Shown here one piece after another: positions 41,757-55,225 of a stretch of 64,000 nucleotides of DNA. Under the pieces are notes generated by a model, which worked only from the letters and a program-made list of their open reading frames with translations, was not told where the DNA came from and did no database searches. The translations under genes were made by a program, and so were the position numbers. The stretch comes from Lama glama (taxonomy: Eukaryota). Within the stretch, counting starts at the first letter, position 1. Every line of letters starts with the position of its first letter. Location: NCBI GenBank assembly GCA_028534125.1, contig CM052816.1, positions 64,234,001-64,298,000 on the forward strand, written 5' to 3'.

Positions 41757-44700
41757 GAACAGAAAATAAATTTTAGTTACAAACACCTTCAACAGTAAGA
41801 TGAGAAGCCATATGAGAAATCAACCTAAATGAGAGGAAATTCACAATAAACCATTTTAAATTTAATATTCAAGATGGACACTCATGAGAAAACAGATTCT
41901 TCAGCAATGCTCTTAGAAACCAAAACACAGATTAACAGAAGAGTTTTGAAAACTGAGCACAATGTGCCTCTTTTCTGGTTTTGACAATCTGTTTTCAGGG
42001 CTGAACTTGCTCTCTTCAATTCCATCTCAAAAGAAGCCAAGAAGTAGCCCATAAAAGGAATATGCAAACAGTTAAAACACTAACCAGAACTAAGACACAA
42101 ATGTGCTGCCAGCTGCTCCAAATAACATAAAAAGAAATGCCTTCACATCACTAATTTCTGATATGCAAGGAAACAGGAGGGGAAATTTCTAAATACAAGC
42201 TCTGAAACATACTGAAACCATAATACTATGCCTGAGCCATCACAGGATCTTTAAACCAAGAATGCTGCTTTTCCCTCATCCGATTCCAAATAAACAAGGC
42301 GCTAGATCTGAACTATGATAGTTGAAATCCTGATCCACCCAATAGTTTCATCCCTGCATGTAAAGTAGCTCAACTTTCTCCCATGAGGTTCTTCTCTTTT
42401 AATTATGAGGTCTCAAGTGTAGGAGCCCCAGCCACAATCCCCTATTGGTTCATTGGAAACAGTAACAAAGTATATACATTTTTGCCCGAAGTTTCAAATC
42501 ATCTAATAGAAACTAAAGGTTGACTGCGGGAAGCTACAAGGCTAATAAACATCTTTTTTTTCCCTTGTGAGCTGGAATTAAATCAACAGAGTGTGGTTAT
42601 ATTAATTATTTGTGGCTGTTCAATATTTTCTCCTATAATGTCTTTTTAATTGAATAATGCAATAATTACGAATGCAAATGTATTTGTAGACAATACCTTT
42701 TAAAACATGGGTTAACTAGACAAAAGTAATTTTAAAGGGTTCTAATTAAAGACAAAGTTGAAACTCCCTGAAATATATCACAGTATTTGGGCAGCAAAAA
42801 CACACTGCAGTTTTGGGCAAACACTTCAAACAAAAAAGGCCCTTCTTCACTAACATCAAGACTGCTGGGCAGCAATTTCTGCCATGTTCCTATCCTTTAT
42901 AACTCAAAATGTGCTCACCTTAGTTGGTATTAAAAGAGCTTAAAAAGTAGATGATTAAGTCATACTTTTCTTCTAGAGAGTTCAAACACAGGCTCAAATA
43001 ACAAGACATAAGCATTTACTCTGTATTTTGAAGAGCTTTTATCTTAGAAGAAGTGAATGATAACTATTTTTGCAAAAACAAAGAAAGGAAATTCTAATCT
43101 AAATCCACACTCAAATCACTCGTGGTTTCACTCCCAGAGCACAGGGCAGAGCCAGTGAGGACTGTACAACAGTGATGCTGGGTTGCTTTACACAGGCAAG
43201 GAGATGGAGAGACTAGTGAGCATTCACAGCAGGTCCTCATTTCTTCTGCTGCCTTATTCCTAGGGAGCCCAACCATACTGTATTACTGCTTAGAATACTT
43301 TTGTTTTGATAATAGCCTTTTTCCACCTTGAGTCCCCTTATGGGGGAACTCAAAAGTTCCCCTAAAATAAAAGTATTTCCCCTAAAATAACCAAGACACA
43401 GTGAGGTCAAAAGTGAATGAACAAAGTCATGCAACTGCTGACTAAAGCAAGAATTCATAACCTCTCTCCTAATTCAATGCATCAAATATTCCTGTTGGAT
43501 ATTCCATGTGTTAAATGAAATAACCTTAATATTTGAACCCAATATAACAGAATAGTTTATAGTTCTTTATACTTTTATTACTCTGGATGAAGTGTATCAT
43601 TGCCAAAGGTATCTAAGTAAAATACACAAATTCTTGAAGTCTAGCCTGATGTTTAAAAGAAAAATAGATCAATTATCATGATAGTATTCACAAACTCAGA
43701 ACACTTCATTTCTGTGGAACTCTCAATTTAGGGCTGAGCACATTGCCTTTTGCCAAAGAAGGTCCTGATTTTTTGGGGGGGTTTTCTGTCCTGTTTTTTG
43801 TTGTTGTTGTTTTTCTTCCTGGTCTGTAGGCTAACTTTACCTTAGCTGGGCTGTTACACATAGGTGCAATTACAGCGACTGACTGCAGGAAGTGACTGCC
43901 ATCAATGCCTAAGGAAGTGATCAAGATCATGCAGAAGCAGCTTCTTAACAAGAAAGACAAATAAGCATTAAGCCTTCCTTTCGTGAAAGGCTAAAACTTC
44001 CTCTATCGAAAGTCATAACAACATTCTTTTATAAATTTGGGGTCCCTGAAACAGCTACTCAAATTGAGTCAATTAAATTAACTATACCAGATAACTTCAG
44101 CAGCCACTTGAAAGTCTTCCTTTATTGGCTTGGTCAAGTAACAAAGTTTTCCATGAAGTTTAGTGGCTCTCTTTAAATCCTTGTTTATAAATTTGTATTT
44201 CACTCCACGCTCACCACCCACACTTCTCATTCCTGCAGATCCCCCTCCACACACACAAAAAGCTAATAACTTGCATTTCTGACTATGACTCACATTAACT
44301 AAGAACCAGAAGATTAACAAAACTTGGATATGACTAAGCAAAATGATCTAATTAACAGATAGTTGAGAGTAACACAGGTTTTTAAAAGTAAAATTAATCA
44401 TATGAAAACAGGAGATAAGCGGGAGAGGGTTATGCAGATTTAAACATGATCTTTGTAAGATGTCCCCAGAAAAAACCCACATTTTTCTCTAAGGGATGAA
44501 GAATGCATCAGCAGCAATAACCAAACCTATCTTGCCCATAGGTGGTTTTAACAGAGCTGTATTCAATACTGGCAGTTTTCCACACAGTATTTCTCCTTTT
44601 CGATCTTTCATTTTACAGAATTGCATTTGAAAGTTTTTACAATTTCTCTCTCGAATGAATTCTGAAATAAAATGGACTTTAGGTTAAAAAAATCAAGAAC

Positions 44701-44979
44701 CTCATATCCAGCAAAAATCATCTTCTCTGGCCCCTCCCTCCTCCTCTTGCAAACCACCGTAGTTTTTACTGTTTCGCTCCCTCTCAGAAACAAAAACAAA
44801 ATGGCCCATGAAATTCGACAATTTGATATGTAAGTTATAAATATTTAATTTTATGCTTATACTTACTATTTAAACTGGAGCAACACAGAACCCTGGCTTT
44901 CGAAAACGACGGGGGGAGGGGAGTCTTTCACCTTACTACAAGGAAAATCTATAATCCGAATTTAACATTCACTAAGCAA

Positions 44980-45190
44980 CCGCAAAGCTGAGCGGCGCCC
45001 CGCCTCCGCTGTGTCAGTCACACACACGCCGCCCGGCCCCCAGCCTTGTCAGTCACACGGAGGCCCCGCCCCCCACGCTGTCAGTCCGGGCTCTGGCCCT
45101 CCGCTGAACCGGCGGCGCTGACGTCAGCTGGCGACCGCGGCCGCATTCCTAAACAGTTCAGACAAACCCACTGGTGGGAAGCTTCGAAAG
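44980..45190. promoter_or_regulatory. Small intronic CpG island; candidate enhancer or alternative promoter
   Basis: Only CpG-dense non-repeat stretch in the window. Contains GC boxes (e.g. ccccgccccc at 45064-45073), three TGTCAGTC motifs (45012, 45047, 45079), a full CRE TGACGTCA (45119-45126) and a NotI site (45137-45144). Confidence 0.7.
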
Positions 45191-45639
45191 CCCTCAGCTG
45201 TAGTGTAGAAAGCAAAGGCTTGGCTGGCAGCCAGACTCCTGAGCTCAGCATTTTGTAATGCACTTCCTTTTTACTTAACAGCTTGCATAATACCCTTAAC
45301 CCTTCCCTTACCTGCATCACACCTTTAACCCCTTCTCTTCCCGGTAGAAGTTCAGAGCAAACCGGTTTCCCACAGGGTTTTAATATGTTCTACCCAAATC
45401 ACAACTGATTGATTTTTAATATTGTTGAAGAAGCAATTTAATTAAACACACATGCCTCCCCTAAACGGCCTACGTTTTCCCCCTTAGAGCAATGTTACTT
45501 TTCAAGCAAGCAAACTAAAACATTTTATTAAAACAACATATTTTAATGATTAAATTTTTCAAGACTCTTCCTTCATAATTTACCTCTTAGATCTTATTTT
45601 TCAAGAACTAATACTTTCAAAACTCCAAACACAAAACAA

Positions 45640-46345
45640 AAGAGTATTTGCAGTGACAAAACTCTCCCTCCAACCCTGTGCCCCCATTCAGCCAAGTCTC
45701 ACTCCATGAAAACTAATGTGATTTAATTCCCTTGTATTCACTCAGGAGTAGTTTAGTTACATAGAAGGAAACACAAATATAATCTGTTTTCTTCCTCTTT
45801 ACACAAATAGTAAACACCACAAGTGCTCTTTTTCTCCATTGCTTCCTTCTTTTTTAGAACTGCAAGGAATTCCACCACAATTTACAATATTTACCAGTCC
45901 CCTGTATACATGCATTTAGGCAATTTCCTTTTTTTTTGTTATTATAAATAAAGCCACATTGAAAATCCTATATGCCTATATTCCTGGAGTAAATTCCTAG
46001 ATGGGAGAATCGCTGGGTCAAGGCAAACGTGTACCTGAAATTTTGAGAGATGCCTTCACACAAACCAATCCTTCAGTGGGGGTTGTACCTCTTACCGTCC
46101 CACTAGCAGTGCCTGAGGATTCTATTTCCTTCATGCTAAATGAAGAGGCTCTCCTTGATTTCGCTGCGGTCCCAGATCCCAGATCCCAGATCCTTTGCCA
46201 CACCACTGTTACAAATTTTTTTATTTTTGGAAAACTAATCTGTGGGGAAAAAACTATGTTACATTTAAAAAACTGTACTGAAATAGTATCTAATGTGATT
46301 TCAAAGTAATTGGCTTTCTGAAAATAAATATCCATTCAGAAACAT
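45640..46345 (-). mobile_element. L1ME-type LINE fragment
   Basis: 'gcatttaggcaatttcc..ttgttattataaataaagc', 'gagtaaattcctagatgggagaatcgctgggtcaaggc' and 'ggttgtacc..ttaccgtcccactagcagtg' are reverse-complement L1 ORF2 end/3' UTR. Confidence 0.8.
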
Positions 46346-49300
46346 TACTCCTGACCCATTATGGTACTTTTAGTCTTCATAAAGACTTCAGATAATAACC
46401 AAAAATTATTAAATGTTAAAAGAATATTGTTAAAGCAAAATTTTGATACTGACTGTAGACAACTATGACTTCTAATGTACCCTTTAAGGAATATTCTCTA
46501 AAGGATGAGTGATGACTGAGGGTGAACTAGTCCTTTCAACTAGTTTTTGACCTTCTTATCTGCTAGCAATTATTACACCAGGTCTTTATAAAATTCCTAG
46601 GTTTTACATTTATACAAACCATCATGTTAAACACTTATGCTATTAAGTATACAAATTATTAAGCACACAGGTTTAACTTTAAGGAGATGTTAAAAGACAG
46701 TAAATCGCAACAATCATCAGTTGCTGAAAACATAGCAGAATCTGCTGTTTTCATCAGGTTAGGCACGTGGTTTCCTACAAGGGATAGCAAGATGACAGAG
46801 ACCTTCAGACCCAAGGTTCAAAGTACTGGTAAGTTAATGGGAGGGGAGGGCAGGGGGCAAGTTGAAGAGGGCAGGGCGGCGGAGAAGAACACAGATCTGC
46901 CAAAGCAGGGAGAAGCTCCAAGCCCGGAGAGGCAGAAGACCCTACTGCAGCTCAGCTGTCCTCTGTATGATGAGGCTATTATTTATTTCACAGTTGCCCC
47001 AAGTCCCAGTCCTCTCAGGACAGGCCTACCACAGAGTCACAGGACAACAAACTGTGTCACGAGAAAGCCTTTAAAGGTATTTTCTTCATATGATACGGAC
47101 ACTTTCACGTAGTATGCAGTTTTTAAAGTTCTGAAATACTCAAATAAAAGACTTTATCCTTCTAAGATGTGGTGCTACAATTATATTTATGGAACCCATT
47201 TCCCTATAAAAACTATGACACACAGAATAAAGTCCAAACAGAAATTACTTTAAAGCTCCTGACATGCTACCCCTAATCTACTCTTTTACCCTTTTCTTTC
47301 AAGGAGCTTACACTTTGGCCCCAAGGGAGCAGGGCCTGCTGTTTCTCAAACATGCCTGTTGCGTTTGCTCACATTTTCCTGTACCTGGAATATCCTTCTA
47401 AGAACAGAGAATACTAATCTCTAAACTCACTTCTTCTGTCTTTTAAAGGCTCAGCTCAAAAGATACTTCCTCTATAATTCCCTCCCCCTCTGAGGAGTCA
47501 GCCCCTCATAAACTCTTTTAGCTCTCCAATATGATGATGATGGTGATAAAGAATGTTAAAGAGAAATACCATCAAAATACATGTTTAGAATTCCCATATT
47601 AATATGAAAATGAAAGAAACTAAGGAAACACTATACTAAAATGATGGATCATTATGAAGAAAAACAATGTAGATCCTCTATATAAAGAATCTAGTTATAT
47701 ATACCATTTATGCAAACAAAGTATACAGTTTTTATTAGTCTTACCCTTTTTAGGGGGGCAGGGGTGACAATGTCAGCTTACCCATCACATCTTCAAGTGC
47801 AGCTTTCTATCAACTTACAAATCAAAAGGAATGTAAAAGAGGACAAAGCTAACATATTTTAAGTATGATACTGTAAAAACCAACCCCTACAACAGGATGA
47901 TTTCAGTTAAATTAAACTGCTCTCTCACTCCTGAAGCTTTGGCTGTTAGTTTATGAGCCCCTAGTACCTGTGGCCCTATCTGCCACGTCTCACTGGTATG
48001 GACTCTTATGACTGAGGACTCAGAACTCCTATAGTTTCTGAGGTACACAGGTATCTAATAATTCTCAAATCAAACAAAGCACCTGCATAACCCAGAAATA
48101 TTCAGATTCTCAGTACTCAAGTCCCACACTTCCTGAAGTACAATAGCTGATAACAGAAATCTATTCTGTTAAAACAAACAAACAAAAACCACCACCACCA
48201 CAAAACCCCAAAACACTCCCCTACGTATGATTTGTAAAGACGTAGTTTGGAAAAGGAGAAGATGGGACAGGGCCATAAAGGGGAATAAAAGACATGGTGA
48301 GAATACCTCTCCTCTCTAGGATTTACTGTCTCTCGCCACTGAAAAAGCAAGAGACAGCTGATGGGAGAAAAGACCAGCAAGCAAGAGGTGCAGGAATAGT
48401 GACCCAGAGTTCCCTCTTTAAAGCCCATCTGTCCCTGTCTACCTGCAGGTCCACTGCCCAACAACAAATATGAACCAAAGAGAAAAAAAACAGGGATGGG
48501 AGTTCCTCTGTGGGGTGGTAGTCATAAAGGAAGTGGACACGATACAAGCTTCAGGAGATGGGGGAAGAAGCCCTGTTAGATTTTCCGTCTGTCCCAATTC
48601 ATGCCATTCTTTGCCTAAAGATTGGAAAATAGGTAAAATTTAGTCACAGAGAACAAGAAAAATGTAATCATTTTAAAATTCAACCGATACATGAGAAAAC
48701 AGGGAGGGGGTGTTCCTGTGGTATAAAAAATATTTTAAAAATCCCCCTGGATGGCTATGAAAGAGAATTTATGGGGTCATCTAATTCATCTCTTAGGAGA
48801 CAAGGCTACAGCTAATTGTATCCAGGGAAAGATACTGGAAAATAAATTTTAGGGGCCAAATTCCCACATAATTTAATTGTTCTCATTGTCAAAAATATTA
48901 CTTAAATACCAGGAAGCTCACAAGATTGGAAACTAAGAACTGAACATTAAAAACTGTTTCCTTTTATGACAAAAATCTTACAACTGGCCAAAAAGTTTTG
49001 AACTCCCATGCAAAGAGTCTGAGTATGTATTATTTTGTACAATTCCAGAATCTTGTTTGCATGCATGTTTTTCCTTCTGATTTTATTCAAAAGGTTCTCT
49101 TTTCTTTTCCAAGTGTACTTTCTAAGTCTGAAGACAAAGTGTTCCTTTTCCCTGGCTGCTCCTTCCCCAGCCTCCATGTGATGAAGCACCCATGCGAAAA
49201 CTAAAGGAGCTATAGGGCTCACAGTGGTCTCACTTGTTAGTCTGTGAAAGACTAAAGCTGCCAACTGCATATGGATTAGAATGGTCCTGTTTACAATGGC

Positions 49301-49774
49301 TCTCTGCTCAATATCAAGGGAAATGGGACTGACCACAGAGCACACGGTTTAGAAACCCCAGGCCATTTTTACATTTTAGTTTTTTATTTTTATGAATAAT
49401 ACCCATAGCTTTAATGGCCCAAAGGGAGGTCCGAACCTTAAAAACCCTAGATTTCTGGTAATGTGAAAACTGTGCCTCAGTGAATAATCACTCAATCTTA
49501 AATTAATGCCTCAACTGGAGGGTTTTTTTTTTTAAATAAATTCTGCTGATGGTTTCAAGACAGTCTTCAAAGACCAGAAAGAGTTACCCCAAGAAAGATA
49601 ACAAATACATGTGTCCTCAATTAAGTCTGAAATCTTTGTTTCCTCTAAATCAGATGTGTAAACTTGGCAAGTGACATCACTTGTAAACAGCATATTATTC
49701 CTAGTGCAATACACAATTACTCCCTTAATTTTATCATGGGATCACAGAACTAAATATACCTATTCTCCACTATT

Positions 49775-49876
49775 AGCTAAGTGTACAACATAAGAGCAGG
49801 GTTTTTTTGTTTGATTTATTCATTTCTATATTCCCAGGGCCTATCACATAGTATACATTCAAATTATTAATGAATG
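49775..49876 (+). mobile_element. L2 3' end
   Basis: 'gatttattcatttctatattcccagggcctatcacatagtatacattcaaattattaatgaatg'. Confidence 0.6.
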
Positions 49877-52244
49877 CTGCCCATTACACTGTGTACAAAA
49901 ATTAAGTTAATTTTTCTCGTTCATTAAATGTAACACTTAACTATATATAAACTAAAGTACAAATTAGACATTACACCCAACAATGCAAATTCTAAATCTG
50001 CCCATAGGGACAAAGTAATACTTAATGTAAAAATTATAACTGAATTGCCTAAGTTGGGTGCAACTGGATACTTAACCATAAGGTGCAAAACCTTATGTAT
50101 TTAATAAAATTGAATCCTAACAGAGTTCCATTTCCATATGCACTCCCCAGAGCACTGTAATCTAGAAACCATACAGTATCTTGTTTTCTGCAGAAAGTTA
50201 ATCATTAAAAACACCTTCATTTGGAGAGATTCTGGACATAGCATTTCCTATATTAAAAAATAGAACCACTGAAGATTCATCTAAATACTCTTCCTAAAAT
50301 CCATGCTGTAAAAGTTTAAGTTTATATTCAAATGATAAAGGCTTTATATAAAATGGGAGCCAAATATAACTAAAGCAAAATTCCCATGATAATAAGTGAT
50401 ATAATGGTAAAATTCCATTGTAGTTTTTAAAGTTCTATTGTAACTAATAATTATACTAAAATTTCAAGCATTTATAGCTACATCTTCAAAATCATTCTCA
50501 CCAATGAATCCTCCATTTCCCCAAATGTACTTATAATTGATACAGTCATCTTTTCTAATCCTCACAAAATAAGATCCTTTGACTCTACAGGTTGTGTGCT
50601 CTATTACTGCTTAATACTTTACACTAAAGAACATCTCAAACACAGATATATCTACTAATTGCTATCTTAACTCAGGATGTACATGTCCCATAAAGGATAT
50701 TTTAAGAGTGACAAAATAATAGGAGAACTCTGTCCCATCTTTGTAAGACCTCTGGGATGTTTTCCCCCAGAACTGGGGTGAGAAAAAGAAGACTGGGTAT
50801 CAGCATGGGTATATACTTAAGCATAGACATGCATTTACTTGGGGGAGAAAGAATGAGATAAGGACCAAAAAATGACAGGAAGGAAAGATGGGATTGGTCT
50901 TACTGATTCATAAAATGCTGAGCTTAATGGGACATTTGGGCCATGATATTATTTTGGAAACATTTACACTAAAGCTTTTTTTGGTAATATAGCAAACAAA
51001 GAAAAGGTCATAAAAATTGATACAACTAAGGCAATTCTACTACAAAGTATAAACTACAAGATAAAAAGTATGCACATGTGCCCTACTCTATACAACTATC
51101 TCCATGTCAAACTCTAACACCTCTCTTCAGACAGAGCAGTAGAGAGAACTTATGTGGTATTTATGATGTAGCAATATCCCATTATATATTTACACTAACA
51201 TTTTCACCAGCTTTTTGCCAGGTAAATTTCATTCACATTTTTAACATATCTCATCATCTATACATCTTTTACTTTCAAAAAAGGACTTTTCAACATACAA
51301 CATAACTCAGAATATCTGGAATAAGACTTCAGTATACTCTCCTTATGAGCTGCATTTTAAACTTTATCTCCACACAGTATATACTAAAACTATCTAAAGT
51401 TAACAGTCTTTTGAAAAATGGTGGTGTGTATTTATAGCGGTACCTCTGGAAGAACAATGGAGACCATCTTAACGTAAGAGATTTTCTCCTTCTGTTGTTC
51501 CAGCAACCTGCTTGTTTAGCCCTCAATACTGGGCACTCCAGAGGTCAGAAAATCATGGGGAGACTGAATGAAAAGAAAGGATGGGGGCTAGGGAACAATT
51601 ATTAGATGTCACTAAAGTAAAAGCTAACTAGAACACAACTGTGAAAAAACTAGCACTGGTAGTACAAATATATACAAAAACAAAAACAAATACGGAATTT
51701 TCAAGATAGAAAATAATAAATTAATGAGAAAGTTGTTTGAATTCAAAGCTTCAAAACCAAGACAAATTACATTCAATCATGACTAAAAATACAGTTGTCA
51801 GTTAGAGCCTGGAACCACTGTCAGGGTTCCCCATAAGTTAAATGTAAGGAGAGTAGAAAGACGCCAGCGGAAAGCCGTAAGAGGCTGTATTTGACTTTGC
51901 CAAGTCAACGTTTTCATCAACATATGGACTTGGGATGGACTCAGAAGCAGGATCAGTGGGAATGAGGAGACAACAACTAGGGCTCCCTGATACCCAGGGC
52001 AGATGAAAGCAGAATTCGGCAGTCCAGAGAAAGGGACAGATATAAAATAAGTCACAAAAAGAAAGACAGAGTACTGCTCTAGAGCTAAAAACATAAGCTG
52101 CTCTATAAAATAAGGCCTTACTTATGAGCAATTCATGTGAAAAATACCACCAAGCACAACAGTTACATACATGTTCAAAATAGGACATAAAATAAACCAA
52201 GAGAAACTTCAACTTGAACTATTCTAATAAAATCACAGTTTTTA

Positions 52245-52725
52245 CCTGTGCCCTATGCCAGTCACATCCTATTTGAAGTACTGCATGTTTTTCTGAGGGC
52301 CACATTTTAAAAGTGGCATGAAAAACTGGAACACTTCAGGAAAGCTAACATGATTACAAAGGGTCTGAAATTACATCAAAGAGGGATGGTAGACAGAACT
52401 TTGGCAGAATAACCTTGAATCAAAATCACATGACACTTGTTCAATACCTGAAGATCTGTCACATGAAAGATGGAAAAGACAGAATTAGGACTATTGGAGG
52501 GCTAGGAATCCACACAACATGAAAAGCTACCTAATACTAAGTTGTTGAAAATTGCCTTGAAAATCAAGGACTCTGCATCTCTAGAAGAGAAGCCAAGCCA
52601 GTGACTGATATAGCCATAAAGAGACTGAATGACAAGCTGCCAAGGATGCTTCAAGGATTTCTATGCTTGTAAGGAAGAGTACACAAAGCTACTTCTAACC
52701 CATAACCCTGGAGATCCTCTACAGC
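52245..52725 (+). mobile_element. L3/CR1 LINE fragment (RT C-terminal region/3' end)
   Basis: 'gaagtactgcatgtttttctgagggccacattttaaaag...aaactggaacac', 'ttcaatacctgaagatctgtcacatgaaaga' and 'cttctaacccata'. Confidence 0.6.
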
Positions 52726-53604
52726 TCCTGTATATACAGGCGAAAAAAATGAAGCCAGCCAAGGGAACTGCCTTGTTCAGGTATCACATTCATAAAACAA
52801 CAAAGCCAAGAGCCAGCTTTCTGGACTCCCTGACCCATGCTCTTCATTCTGTTCCATCTTCTCACTTCAAATATCAGGCCACTTTGACCCTCACCCACAG
52901 AGAAAACATTCTCTTCCTAAGAGTCCATTCAGATTTGGGAAGTAGGGGTTTGAAGAACCAATCACCTTGTTCTGGACAAGAGATTTTGCTTGTTTTTCAC
53001 TTCTTTCTGAAATGTTCAAAATTACTCAAGTAATCCAGAAAGCACTAGTTGTTAATGTACATGGATGCTGTACATGTTTTGCCACCAAAACTTCAGCTCT
53101 GAGGGCTTTGCAACAAGATGATTCAGATCCTTCAGGCCCAAAAAGGAATGCTTCACTACTCAAATTTCTCACTCAATTCAGTAAGTGATGAGATTCTAGA
53201 AAAGGCAAAAGAGGATCTTATTTTTCCCCTTACTCAAAAAAACAGAGATGGAATCTACACTCGCAAAGAGTAGGTTTCACTGTGTAAGAGAAACTGGAAC
53301 ATCAATAGCAGTAACTTTCTCAATCCAGTCACATGTAAAGATTTAATCCACAATCAGGCAAACTCAGTATTTTCAATCAAAATAGATTTTCAAATACTTG
53401 ATGTTGATTGTCTGTTTAGAAAGCCATATAACTCGCTCTCCTTCAACCTCTGAACTGCCATATTCAGCCATATAACCCAAGGTCATCCTTCCTTTTCTCA
53501 CAAGCAAGCAGCCTAATGACACCAGTATGCAAAATCAGTTTGCTCTCTAACTCAGAGAAAATTATTCTCAGTATTAAAATCTCATAATACTTGGTTTAAT
53601 CATA

Positions 53605-53835
53605 AAAAAAAATCACAATCTTAATGAACCTCTACTGTGGCTGGACAGGTGCCAAATGCTATGCTAAGGACACTATAGTATGTTGATAAGGTAAATATTA
53701 TTACTCTCATATTACGAATGAAGAAAACAAGTCTTCAAGAGATTAAGTTACTTGCCCAAGGTCAAGAGCTACTAAGTGTTACAACCAGGTTTCAAACTCA
53801 GAACTTCACATCCCTACAATCTTAACCAATACAAG
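53605..53835 (-). mobile_element. MIR SINE
   Basis: 'aggtaaatattattactctcatattacgaatgaagaaaac...gagattaagttacttgcccaaggtca...ccaggtttcaaactcag'. Confidence 0.85.
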
Positions 53836-54689
53836 ACTGTCTGCTTCTTGCTCAAGAAGAGTGATGCTGTGGGCTCCAAGCAACAACTAGAACCACGACA
53901 AGGAAGTGGGGCCCAAGTCCATTCAAGAGTTTGACAGGTACCAGACAGCACACTGCCATTCTATGAAATACTGTTGAGATGCTGTTTTGTAACTAGAGGC
54001 TTAAATGGCAGCAAGAGGGACTAAGTATAGACACGAAAGCGAACTTCCTTTGTTTTGAAGGTTAAACTGAGAGATCTCAAATAGTTACATGAATAATGGC
54101 TAAATTTTTTTATTGCTTTCTGTGCGAGGCACGGGGGTCAAACTCATTCTCTTTCCCTCTCAGTGTAGATTAAGTGTATTTGGACCACAGAACCCACTGT
54201 CCACACTTGGAGTTAAACAGCCAGCAAGGACTCTGTCCCCTTCAGATGTCACCTCTCAACAGCTTGGCTGTCACTGTTGGGCTGCGCATACCATAGTCCC
54301 TGGAGGGCCCCCACTGCAGGGCTGAGGATTCACAGCACGTGCAGACCAATAAAACAAACTGCTATTTTTCTCCTGAAATGTGGACTTAGTCACAACTGCC
54401 GCGCCGCAGGGCATTTCATCGATTCCCCAATGTAACACTCAAGGTGAATTTGATTAAGACCAAATTTGTTAGTGGTAAATACAAAGCATCTAAATTTTTT
54501 AAAGAAGAATTTTGATTATTGCTGTATACAAACACATTTTGTAGGACATTTTAAGATGTATATTATATACAATTGAGATAGTATTTCACATAGGGGGAAG
54601 GGAATCTAAACTACCTTAAGATTTTTCAGATTAAGTCTAAATCAATGTCCAAAACTGAATAACCCGGTTATTTTGTACCACGAACAAAC

Positions 54690-54835
54690 TCAGATATTGA
54701 CAATAAAGCAACAAATCAAAAGACCTGGGTTTTAATTCCAGGTCTCCTCTTACTACTTACTATTGGAACAATCATGAGTAAGTCATGATTTACTCTCTGA
54801 GAAGCAGTTCCTTAACCTACAAACAATAATTTTTT
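54690..54835 (+). mobile_element. MIR fragment
   Basis: 'aatcaaaagacctgggttttaattccagg..ctacttacta...gagtaagtca.tttactctctgag..cagttcctt'. Confidence 0.7.
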
Positions 54836-54869
54836 AAAAATCTAAAGGGCAAATTTATGGATATATTTA

Positions 54870-55225
54870 TTTTATTTTATGTTTATGTATGTATTTATTG
54901 AAGTATAATCAGTTTACAATGTTGTGTCAATTTCTGGTGTAAAGCACAATACTTCAGTCATATAGGAACATACATATATTCGTTTTCATATTCTTTTTCA
55001 CCATAAGTTACTACAAGATATTGATATGGTTCCCTGTGCTATATACAGTAGAAACTTGTTTTTTATTGGATTTTGTGAGAATCCTCCTGTATTTCGAAAT
55101 GAGAGACACTTTAGTTCAGTAGGTGTTCTATGTGATTCAGTGGGTTTGCAAATGTAATTCTTGGTGTACCTGTGGGAGAGCGCGAGCTGTGAGTCTCTCT
55201 ACTCCGCCATCTTGGCTCCGCCCCC
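54870..55225 (-). mobile_element. Young bipartite L1: first ~159 nt of the 5' UTR fused directly to the last ~195 nt of the 3' UTR and A-rich tail
   Basis: Minus strand begins gggggcggagccaagatggcggagtagag (L1 5' terminus with YY1 motif). It switches at 55067/55066 to ataaaaaacaagtttctactgtatatagcacagggaac...gacacaacattgtaaactgattatacttcaataaa plus an A-rich tail. Imperfect TSD: tggatatattta (54858-54869) / tggatattatattta (55226-55240). Confidence 0.85.

Noticed and set aside
45012..45086. Regularly spaced direct repeats suggestive of a CRISPR-like array
   Set aside because: Repeats are only 8-12 bp, spacers resemble each other, the context is mammalian and there are no cas genes; better explained as transcription-factor motif modules.
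45306..45314. Strong donor CAG|gtaagg on the gene strand as a recursive splice site
   Set aside because: No polypyrimidine tract upstream of the AG and no convincing partner acceptor.
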